From Vitrella brassicaformis CCMP3155 (Eukaryota > Protista > Chromerida), in contig CDMY01000635.1 of the NCBI GenBank assembly GCA_001179505.1, positions 124,001 through 188,000 of the forward strand: DNA of 64,000 nucleotides, written 5' to 3'. The position numbers and the translations under genes are program-made. A model generated the notes under the pieces. That model was given only the letters and a program-made list of their open reading frames with translations, was not told the origin of the DNA and made no database searches. Positions 23,885-35,100 of this stretch are shown here, in pieces. Numbering within the stretch: position 1 is the first letter of the stretch; every line of letters begins with the position of its first letter.

Positions 23885-26800
23885 TCAACAAGGGCCAGCC
23901 TCGCGTGGTGGTGGTGTGATGTCGACCGTCGTCCTGTTGGCGTCGACGTAGAACAGCAGCAGAGCGCCTGCATGCGACTCCACCTGCACCAATACACACA
24001 CACACACATGTGCAGAGTGCTCCGGGGTACACGACAGACAGACATGGTAGGGTAGCTACCTGCGTGTGGGTGTACTTAGCGATGAGCCGGTCGTCGCAGT
24101 TGTACCACTGCCCGTCGCCCCTGTTGACGAATGCGCTGAAGTGGCCCTCCACGGCCTCCTCACCGTAGTGCACCACCACTGACACCAACCGATAGTCCGG
24201 CACACCCACACCACTGTCACCGCCGAAACCATAACCATCCGGAGGCAACCTGCAGCATACAGAAACAGACAGACAGACAGACACCATGGGACAGCGGTCC
24301 TTGAACACACAGATAGATGGGGTGAAGCTCAGCTGCCGTGCGGACGCCACGCACCAGTTGCGGTTGAAGTTGAGTGTGTCGGAGTACTCGACCTGCTTGG
24401 AGGCCTTCTCGAGCGATCCCGCCCCGTAGAGGGTCTTCTTCATGCTCACAACCAGCACCTGATATATCGAGACACACACACGACGTCTTGTCCGTCATGT
24501 CACTCACGTATGGATGGATGCCGTGGGAGCCCAGCCAGCCCGTCTTACTTACCGGCGGTGTGACGTGAAGGTACTGCCGTGCTGCATTCAGCTGCGATGG
24601 ATCACCCTCAACATCGCCCGTCATGCCCAAAGTGATCGATATCGCGTCCCTAGAGACACAGACACACATACACACACACCGACCAGTACACCACAACTGC
24701 ATGGCATGGGCTGATGGCGCTGTGTATGTGTATGTGTATATGTATGTGGGTGTTGTGTTGGTCCCTCACTCGACAGTGCGGATGCCGTCAGCAGCGATGG
24801 CCACATCAAGCAGCCAGAAGGGCTCCCTCTTCATCTCGGTGCCCCCTCCATCGCCCCGCACCAGACGCGCCAGCTCGCCAGCGAATAGCTTGCTGATCGG
24901 CGAGCTCTGCGCATCTTGCAGCGTCTCGTCACTGACACGTGCCAACATTCACACCACACCCAGCACAGCAACAGGCATGAACTCGGTGTGAGCAGCGGCA
25001 TGTCTGTCTGTCTATATTCATTCTCACGATGGCGACAGGGGCGGTCGTGCCGCGTTAGGGGAGCCATCGGCGGAGCTGACAGCCGCTTCAGCAAGTGCTG
25101 CCGGTGGTTTCTTGGCGGCCGTCCTCTTCTGCCGTTTGTATCTGCTCTCGTGGTGCAGTCCGTCGAGTAGGAAGAGCAGGAACTCTGAGGGGTCGCTCTG
25201 GACACCGCCATAGCTCACCGCATCTGCACAGGCAGATCAAGCCAAGCATCAACACACGCACACACGATGGGACGGACACAATGGACGTGTGTGTGTGTGC
25301 TCTGCGGGTGGTTGTGTGGTCCGACCTGAGTCTTTCTCTTCGAACATGGCGATGGGCCGCCGGAAAAAGGCCGACGCGAACAGGGCCGCCTGCTGCGGCT
25401 GTTGCTGCTGCTGCGACCCACTCACGGCATTGGCAGACGAAGACGACGGCTGCGACACACCACTACCACTCAGCTGCTCGGCGATGCCTGGGTGATGGTG
25501 GACAGCAGAGGAGCCAGCTGCCGTTCGTGTTCTGTCCTTCCCTCCCTCCCCCGCTCCCTCCTACTCTCTGTTGTGCTGTGCTCACTTGGTTCCTCGTCTG
25601 CAAAGAGTCGGATGACGGCGTCAGTGGTGTCCTGGATGGGGTTGCCAGGCCGGTCACGTCGCGCTCGCCCATCGGCTGACCGGTAGAACTCACGGAAAAT
25701 GCTCGCGAAGGCCGCATGCAGCGGATATTGCGGCCGGCGGACCTCAGGCGGGCCGTCCAGATAGGACCGATCGGCGGGACCCTGCACACACCACACCACA
25801 CACACAGGTTTGTTGCGTCGGGGGGGGGACGTTTTCCCTCCCGGTGTGTATGTACCTCTGCGCACTGCTGGATGTAGTCGAGGAAGAAGTACAGCGGCAT
25901 CATGGCTTGCACCAACTGATTGGCAACACACACACACACACACACACGCCAGACACGTGAGCTGACGCAACACGATACCTGCGTTGACCGCTCGACCTAC
26001 CGCGTTGAGGTAGCAGTAGTTCTTGACGTTCTCGAGGGCGCGCAGCTGATAGGGGCGGGGGCACTGCTGCAGGATGAACATCCACCGCTCCATGGCCACC
26101 TCCCTCGCCTCGGCGGCGCTGAGCGGACGGGACGACTCGGCCACACGCGACATGAGCAGGTGCTGCACACGGCGGTGCAGATACTGCTCGTACTACGCCA
26201 CACACCACACCCACACACAAACACAAGACACCACACACACGTCAGGATGCGACCGACGCCCTCCCTCCCTCCTTCCTTGTCTGTCTGTCGAATGTGCACA
26301 CAGATATCCCATCCGTACATGGTAGAGTCTGAGACGTTCGAAGGCCTCCAGCTGGTCTGCACGGACAGTGAAGGTCTGGGTGACACCCCAGTAGAGCAGC
26401 CGAGTGAGGACACTGAAGGCAGCCCCGGTATGCGGCAGGCTGGCCATGACACTGTTGCTCAGCCACACGGGCGACAGCACCCGTCGCTTCCCCCAACCCG
26501 CCCAACCTATCCGCTCCTGCACAGGAACCGGCTGCTGCGGCTGCGGCTGCTCTTGACTCTGACCACCCTCCTGTCGACGGTTGCCGGCCTTGGCCTTGTC
26601 CTTCTCTTTCTCCTTGGGAGGCGGCGCTGCTGGCGATGGCTGGGCAGACCCTCGCCTGGCCGGCACACGGGATGACGGAGTGACAGGCGGCGGCTGGGCG
26701 GAGAGCTCAGGCCACGCTGACGCCGCATCAATGCTGTCGCCACCTTGCTGCTGCTTGTGGGGCTGGGGACGGGGCGTCGCCTCTCCAGCAGCCGCGGTGC

Positions 26801-29800
26801 TCGCTGGTTGGGTGGGGGGAGGAGGGCCCGGCCCGTCCACCCATACAAAAGAAGACTGTTCAGCTCGACTTGCAGGTGCATTGCCGTTTGTCGTCGGCTG
26901 CCCTTGGTGCACGCCGTTGGGCATCCCTTTTTCTTTCTGTGGTGGCTGGTCGGCCCGAGGACGCTGCTTTGGAGCGACGGTGGGGGGCTGAGTGGCAGGG
27001 GCGGGGGGCTGGNNNNNNNNNNNNNNNNNNNNNNNNNNNNNNNNNNNNNNNNNNNNNNNNNNNNNNNNNNNNNNNNNNNNNNNNNNNNNNNNNNNNNNNN
27101 NNNNNNNNNNNNNNNNNNNNNNNNNNNNNNNNNNNNNNNNNNNNNNNNNNNNNNNNNNNNNNNNNNNNNNNNNNNNNNNNNNNNNNNNNNNNNNNNNNNN
27201 NNNNNNNNNNNNNNNNNNNNNNNNNNNNNNNNNNNNNNNNNNNNNNNNNNNNNNNNNNNNNNNNNNNNNNNNNNNNNNNNNNNNNNNNNNNNNNNNNNNN
27301 NNNNNNNNNNNNGGACGACAGGGGCGGGGGGAGATGTCGGGGGCGGCGAGGCGGCGACTGCGCTGGCCGGCGACGATACGCCCGTCGTCTCTGGAGGAGG
27401 GTCCGGCGTGCTCATGGTCTCTCGCCGGAGAGCGAAGGCCTCGATGAGCCCTCCCTTGCCGTCCTGCTTGATCTGCAGGCTGACCCACAGCTTGCCCGCA
27501 GACGCGGCCCAGTCGATGGCCATCCTGAAGGTCTTGGAGGCGTCGGGCACTCGCAGCTCCTCCAGCTGGCCGTCCTCGTCAGAAGCGCCAAGCGACTCCT
27601 TGAGAGCGTCAGAGCTCTCCTCCATGGCCCGCACGAGGTCTCGCCGCGTGGACGACTGGTCCACCTCCACCCATGTGTGGGATGATGAGCTGCTGGTGGG
27701 TGTGGGGTTGTGCCGGTCCTGCCAGTGGGCGAGGGCAGTGAGCATCTGGCAAGCCTCCCCGTCCAGGGGTGTCCCCCCCTCGCATTGCGTGGGTGAGATG
27801 CTGAAGACGTGGCCCAGGTACCACTGCTCCTCGTCGGACGAAGCACCACCACCACGGCTGCTCAGCAGCTCCCGCACGCCCACCGTCCGTCCTTTGGGCC
27901 CTCCTGTATGCTTGGCGGCCTTGCGGTTCGCGGCCGCAGAGCCTGTGGCGGGCCGAGAAGACGATGACGTCGGCAGAGTGGTGCTGTTCGTGGCGGGTGG
28001 GTGCGTCTGCGAGAGGGCCGCCTGGTGGAGTGACGAGTGGGGGGACTGCGCTGCCGTGGACCTGGTTGTCATGGCAGATGCCGACACTGGGGTTGCGACG
28101 GCCGATGAGCCCTCGCTGGGGTCCTTCTTGGGTTTGTTGGCCTTCTTGCCCCGACCCCGCTGCACCACCGCCTCCCACTCCCCGCCCTCATCCTCCCCGG
28201 ACTGATCCGCACTCACAGATGCCAGGGACAGCTGCAGGGGATCCTCACCCTCATCATGACGACTGGCAGATGGCGCAGTTGCGGGCAGCTCTCCCCGGTC
28301 CGACGGCTCGTCGTCCTCTGTGTCAGCGGCGGCCTGTGTGTCGGCAGTGGTGTTGATGTCGCGTGACTGCCCGCTGCTGCCCGTGCCGCCCTTGCGCCTC
28401 CCCGGCTTGTCCTTGCCCTTCTTGCCGCCATGGTGAGGGTGCTGTGCCGCCCCCCGCCCCCTGGCTGCCTCGTCCTGACGGATGAGCTCGGCCATGAGTT
28501 TGTCGGCTTTGGCCGCAGACAGGGGGGGCTTGTCGGGCTGGCCCGCCTTGTCGTCTCCAGTCTGGTCGGCCTTCTGCTGCCGCTCCTTCTGCCGCTCCCG
28601 CCGCTTGAGCATTTCCTCGCCGATGGGCTGCTTCTGCTTCTTTCCTCCGTCGTCGGGGAAGACGTCGTCGATCGACCTGAATGTGTTGCTGAGGGAGGTG
28701 CAGTGTTCGGCGAGCAGCAGGATGGTGGGCTTGTAGGTCTGCAGGAAGGTATTGCGCTCCTTCACTGCAGACATGGTCGAGATGACACGGCACGGCAGAC
28801 AGAGGGGAACATAGAGCCATGGATCCATCCGTCCATTCGTGGAGGTCATGTCATCTATCTCCCTCCCTTACTGATTTGCTCTTGCTCCTTTTGCAGGGTC
28901 ACGAGGTTGTCGACTGCCTTCTTGAGCATCTCCTCGATCCGGCTGTCGGGGCCGCTCTCGCCCCCCTTCTGCTTGATCTTCGCTATCAGGACCTTCTGAT
29001 TCTCTGCACACACACACGGGGATTCTCAGCAGTCCCGCAATCCCATCCCGTCTGTCTGTCTGTCTGTCTGGTCCCTCAACCAGTTCTTTCTTACGTTGCT
29101 TCTTCTCGCACTCCAAGATCCTCACGGTGAAGGGGAGCTGCACACACACATACATGCATCCACGACAGATGAGACGACACACGCCCAGCCATCCATCCAT
29201 CCATCCATCCATGTGTGTGGTGGTCATGTCACCCACCACTTGCTGTGAGTCGCTGAGGGGGTGACCTCGAAAAAAGCCAGCATGGAACAATCTGCTGTGT
29301 TTCACCAGCTGCTCGCGCTTCTCGTCAGAGGCAGCGGCCGTCTTCTTGACGAACATCCTGTGGGCGCGCACCCTCAGGCAGTCGTGGATGATAGCAGCGA
29401 GCTGCACACCGCACCCACCAACACACACACACACAGACACAATAAGCGATCCACCCACCCTTGCTTGCTTCCTTCCTTGCTTGCTTTGCAAAGCAAGTGT
29501 TTTGACGGCCCGGCCCCCATTTCGCACCGCACCGTGTTGATTTGTGTGAGGGCATGCAAGACGGTGTTGCAGATGTTCTGTGCCTTTTCGGTGTCGGTTG
29601 TCCTCGCCAGGATGCTGGGGGTGCCGGTGGGCTTCATCATGAGGTCTTGCAGGAGCTCCCCGATCCACTCGGTCAGCTTGTCCCCCCTCTGGAAGTGCGT
29701 CATCGACTCACTCTGCTTGGCCGTCATGCCGAAGCTCTGCATCGCCCTGTGCATGGCCATTTGGCCGAGGGTGTCGACCGCCATGGGCATGTAGAACTCC

Positions 29801-31848
29801 AGACGCAGCACCACATACGGCATCCCCAGCATCAGCACACGGTCGGCCTCGTAGCCCGGAATGTGGGGGATGCTCACGTATGTGCCCATCCGGTCGATCT
29901 GCGACACGCACTCCCGGCACATGGTCACGATCACCTCGTCGCAAATCCGCCGAATGCGGTCGACGTCGACCTGCTTGTCGTCCTTGCCCTTGGCTGCCGG
30001 CCCCTTGCTGGCCTTGCCCTTCTTCCTGCCATCCCCCCCGCCATCCACTGGCTTGTCGGCCCCACCACGATCTTTGGCGCTGGCAGCTGAGGCGGATGAA
30101 GGCTGCTCGGGTGGTGGTGGTGCTGCGGGCCCCCCACCACCCTGTCTGTGGCGGCGCCTCATTGTGATGACCGATGCGATCTTGTTGGCCTGGTGGCAGA
30201 AGTCCTTCTCGACGAAGGGCAGGAGGTTGTCGCCGCACAGCCAGTGCTTCTCCAGCTGGACGGCCTTGTCCAAGGAGGGGGCGAGTTTGTCGAAGCCATT
30301 GATGCTGATGCACACCCGCCCCCCCTCGTGCGCATTGGCCCTCTCGATGATGAGCTTCATGACATTCAAGGGGTCGGTCTCCTCCGATGATTGCTCCGGC
30401 GATTGCTCGTCGCCCTGGTCGCTCTCGGCGTCCAGCCACTCGCTGTCGGCGTCTCTCGCCTCGGCCACGAGAATCACGTTAGTGCGCTTCTCTTGCTCGG
30501 GCGATGCGAAGAGCACGATTCTGCCTGTGTCCGTCAATGGGAAGGCGGGGCGGTCACGCGTCAAGGGGAACACGTGGCTCGGCAGCCGAACGCCCTCGGC
30601 CTCCATCACAGCTAGCACCCTCACCCAGGCGTACAGCTGCACCAGCGTTGCCGCGCCGCTCATCAGCAGCGACCGGTGCAGCACGGCCGTGAACTTGACG
30701 ACCATGTCGACGGACACGGGGCAGATGCGGCACATGTCGGGCCGGGCCATGCAGCAGAGGACATTCGACACGACGGCAGCGTTCTGTGCGAGCCACCGCA
30801 CCTGGTCATCCGACGGGCTGACGGAGGCGACGGCGGCGGGGTCGCAGCTCACATGGACATCTTGCCCCTCCACCTCGGCCGACGCACCGGTGCTGCTGGG
30901 CCACCCTCCCAAAATGTGGGGCATCGAGGTCACCGCGGTTTCGAAGACGCGCTGGATCAGCTGGAAGACCTCAGAGGGGCATTTTGTCAGGTCGAACATG
31001 TCCTGTCTTGGGTCGCCAGGGGCCATGCTCATCCCCGAGCCCTCAAGGGCGGCCCCGAATCGCTCGATGCCCCCTTGCATGAAGCTGAGGACGCGCATCA
31101 CACGCTTCGGGACGGCACTGAGCGCCGCTCGGTCCACCATGCGCTTGCGAATGGCGTCGCAGAGACCGGGGTCAATGACGACTGCGGGGAGGGAAGGCAA
31201 TGCAATCACACACACACGCACACACACACACACACAGAGTCGTTGGGTTCATAGAGAGATCATTACGTACATGGCAGTTCACTGGCAAGCCACTTCTGCA
31301 GAGGCACATCAGCATCTCGGAACTGCTCACACGTCCTGCATCAACCAGACATTCAGCCAAACACCACCCAGACAGACAAGCACAAATGAAGTCAGTGCGT
31401 GGCGTGTGGCGTGTGGCGTGTGGTGTGTGGCGTGAGGGCGAGAGACCACACACATGATGATGTGTCCCTCTCCTCCCCTCCGTCCCTTCCTCCCTGCAGC
31501 CAGGCAGGCTTACCGTTTGGCCGCACTCTCCATCACCCCGAGGAAGTAAGGATCTTGCCGCAGCGACTCCAAGATCATCTTGGGCTTTGCGAACACCAAC
31601 GGCGGGGGCACATCGCGCCTGGGGTTGGCAGCGTCGCAGTCGACGTCCATGAGGGCCGCCAGGTGGCAAGGCTCGACATAGAATGAGTGGCCGCACATCT
31701 CTGGGTCGGCCGCCTTGACACGCTCAGCCAGGTTGACGAAGAAAAGCTCCTTGGTGATATCGGCAGACACACGACGCTCGCTCTCCTTCTCCGCCATCCG
31801 CCGCAGGACGTGTTCAAACTCATCGTCACAATCGTCGTCTGCCGACAT
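23885..31848 (-). CDS. Very large (~2000 aa) ubiquitin-specific protease with a C-terminal USP10/Ubp3-like domain; spans the gap at 27013-27312
   Basis: Cys box RALENVKNYCYLNA|VVQAM; QSDPSEFLLFLLDGLHHE; SPISKLFAG; His box VVHYGEEAVEGHFSAFV..WYNCDD; ALLLFY. The upstream junctions I checked (31514, ~31183, ~28768, ~26192) are phase-consistent. Continuity across the gap is inferred. Confidence 0.75.
27013..27312. other. Assembly gap (300 N) inside a Pro-rich exon
   Basis: Run of N with G-rich flanks. Confidence 1.
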
Positions 31849-32043
31849 GAGTGATATAAACAGATGAAGGGAGGGGAGGGATCTCACAACTGCTTCCACA
31901 GGGGAGCCGGGCGGCCGCCTCTGCACAAGCCGCTCAGACGAAGGCGAAAAGCAAACGAATCATTTGGATCCACGCGACAGGACGGACATCTTCAGATAGA
32001 TGCCCCTGCTCCCCCTCTTCCTGCAGCGAAGCATGCAAAAAGT

Positions 32044-32052
32044 TGCGAGCTT
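32044..32052 (+). promoter_or_regulatory. TGCGAGCTT upstream motif
   Basis: 56 nt upstream of ATG 32109. Confidence 0.5.
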
Positions 32053-32108
32053 TGCATGAAAGGAGAGCGTCGTAGCGTAGCGGACCGCATCATCCCACGG
32101 ATGCCGGC

Positions 32109-33945
32109 ATGAGCACCCCTCAAGCAACAGCAACTAACAGACCCGCAAGAATCTCCAGGACCCCGATGGAGCCTCCCTCTGAGACGACCTCTCTGCAGCC
32201 GCTGTACCGATGCATCCTGCAGTGGAACCAGCGGATGCACCACCCGCCAAGGTCGGTTCGGTCACCTACCGACCAGTGCATGCACTGCATCCCGATCCGT
32301 ACTGGCAGATAGATAACATAGACAGAGGTGCTCATACATGGATTGTGGTTTCCTGCCCTGTCAGGCATCCGCGGCCCACCTCCTCGGCACCCAGACCGTT
32401 CGGTCGGTCCTCACAGAGCCATTCGGTTTCCGCGCGGCCTCGCTCTGTGGACACGATGCGCCCCCGAGCATCTCACCATCGGCCTGAGGCAGCTGGCGCA
32501 GATGACAAGCTGCCCTTGGCCTCTCGTGAGGCCCCTATCCAAGCGCCGACCGGAGTGGTCCACGGCATTACTGCGGAGCCGACGCCCGGCGATGCTGATC
32601 AGCAGATGGTGCTGGCTGGCCCACCTGCCCATGCTCGCGAACGCAGTCTGTCACCCAAGCCCTGGCGCGAGATGCAGCGATTGCGGGACAGAATGCCCGT
32701 GACAGCGATGAGACCGCCGAGCTCACACAGGGAGCAGCGCAGTGGCGTCCCGAGAAGGCCGCTCCCTCCGCCCTCTAGCCAGCACAAGGCCGCTGGTGCC
32801 CGCAGTGTCGGCCACCAGTCCGCTTCCCTGTCGGTCTGGCGGTTCCAGAGCGGCACAGCGCCAGCACGGCTCCCCCGGCCAGTGTCGGACCCATCGCACT
32901 CAAAACAGCCCAAGCAGCCGCCGCCAGTGCGGAAGGCCGAGAAAGCGGCTGAGCGACCTTCTGTTGGTGCAGTAGCGGCGCAGCAGGGTGGCCGTGTTGA
33001 GAGGGGGGAGGAGAGGGTGGATGGGGATTTGGTTGCTGAGGAAGCCGGAGGGCGTAGCAGCGGGTTTGTCGAGCAGACGAGTGGTGTAGATGTGGGGGCC
33101 CCCTCGTTCCGCATCGATGCTCTTCCTGATACTCTGCCGGAGGACACGGCAGCGGAGCGGTTCCATTTGCAGGAGCTGAGACAGGAGCCCGCCAGGCGAG
33201 GGCTCCTACCGACATCAGGGCTGCCGCATCGCAGGAAAGGCCCTCCGCCTGACTTCCCTGAGCGGCAGAGTGCCCTTGAGATGCTGGCCTACCTCAAGAG
33301 CCTTGATGCGGTGACGCAGAAGGGACGGCCTGCTCCTGCTGCTGCCCCTACTGCTGGTCACCGTGCGATTGGCGATCGTCCGTCGAGGAGTTTGGCTCTG
33401 GCGGGTCTGGTGCCGGTGACGCGGGAAGGGTTGGTGGGCGGTGTGTCTGAGGGTGAGGGCGGCCCGATGCCCCAGCGACGGGCACGGATATCAAAGAAGA
33501 CCGCCGAGGCATCTCTCGCATACAGGTGGGCACTTTCCTACACAAGGGGCGGGGCGTCAAAGTGTGTGCCACTCGTCATCCATCGCCTTGTGTCATCAGG
33601 TCTGACTACAGCCGTCGTGTAGATGAGCGTGAGGGTCGCTTTGACGTGTCGGACTTCGGCACTTGGCACTTCGGAGAGACTCTCGCGGACAACCTGGCTG
33701 ACAAGGCCATCGATGGTCAGTGGACTAGCCAAGTCACTTCACATATAGCCTCACAAGGTGCGGGCATGTTTCCTTGTGCGGCTGTGTGGGGTGTGTGTGC
33801 TGCAGCGGTGTTGGCTGAGTTTGAGGATCGCTTGCTGGACGCCTATGTCGCCAAATTCATCGACGAAGAGGTGAATGCGGCCACGAGTGTGACGAGTGTG
33901 CCGGGACTTCGGGCAGGCCCTGCGGACTCAGACCGGCTGAATTAG
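32109..33945 (+). CDS. Disordered Pro/Arg-rich protein with a Moonraker (KIAA0753/MNR)-like C-terminal helix; join(32109..32251,32365..33525,33600..33715,33806..33945)
   Basis: Junctions are phase-consistent. C-terminus SLAYRSDYSRRV..DFGTWHFGETLADNLADKAIDAVLAEFEDRLLDAYVAKFIDEEVNAAT resembles the MNR C-terminus as I recall it. Confidence 0.65.
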
Positions 33946-34488
33946 ACAAGACACTTAGACAGACAGACAGACCCTGCTCGCGTGACATTTGTACTTACGC
34001 ATGTACGTGCGGAAGACGTTTCGTGTGGGCTCGATCAATCAATCAACATGTGTGCGCGGATGTCATTAATTTCTTGGCGGTCGTGTCCACCGCCAGTCCG
34101 TTCAGACATTCACATGGATACACACAGTGGACTCACTCACGCCCATCCATCGCTCCGTGTGTCTGTCTGTCTGTGTCGGTCTGCGTCGGTCTGCGATCGA
34201 TCCCTCCCTCCCTGTCGGTCTGTCGGCCTGTCGTGTCTGTGTCGTGTCGGTCTGTCTTGCGTCCATCAGTCAGTCAGTCAGTTGAGTCGTCGCTGTCGTG
34301 GTGTGGTGTGTATGCCCAGGCGACGAGTGGCTGGGGGAAGTGGAAAGAGGCGAAGCCCGGCGAGCCGTCAGGTCGGTGGGTGTAGGCGCGGAGAGCGATC
34401 TGCAGCAATACATAGCGAACGAAAGGGGCCTGGTCTGCATCTCGATATCTCCCTCTCATCGTGCGGTGCGGTGCGGTGCGAGGAGAGC

Positions 34489-35064
34489 TTATAAGTCTTG
34501 TCTTGCCTGATTTGGATTCCAGTCGCTCGTGATGCAACACGCGCCGATGTGGTACTCGAGGTACGCATACTCTGCCACACACACACACACCGGAGAGACA
34601 CACACATTTAGGGATGGATGGATGGATATCTCTGTCTGTGTCTCCCTCCCTCTCACCGTCGAGCGCTCTTTCGTGCAGCTTGATGACCTCACGCGCACAC
34701 ATAGCCAGCTCGTCCTTTTGATGCGATGAAACACAGAGAGAGAGGGAGCGGTGTGGTGTGGTGTATGTCTATGTGTCTCTGTGTGGCCCCCACTGACTCT
34801 CGTGTGTTTGGTGACTGTCGTCAGCTCGTCGGTCCACTCCCGGCCCAGCAGCTGCACACAAACATGGTGGCCCATGTCTTGGTGCCCGTCCCGTGTGTGT
34901 GCAAGCAGGCAGTTAGGCAGGCAGGCAGACCAGCAGGACGAGCAGAGTGCACGAGGCGGCGAGTGTGCTGAGGAAAAAGTCGAGGTGAAGGCCCTCAATC
35001 AACGACATCTCCAACAGGTACACACCAACTGCACAAACATACACACGCACACACATGGAGGGCG

Positions 35065-35100
<36 letters not shown>

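Noticed and set aside
29861-31435. 524-aa plus-strand ORF, and similar long antisense ORFs (e.g. 15958-16911, 49866-50537)
   Set aside because: These are antisense shadows of real GC-rich minus-strand exons, with Ser/Ala-rich composition and no motifs.
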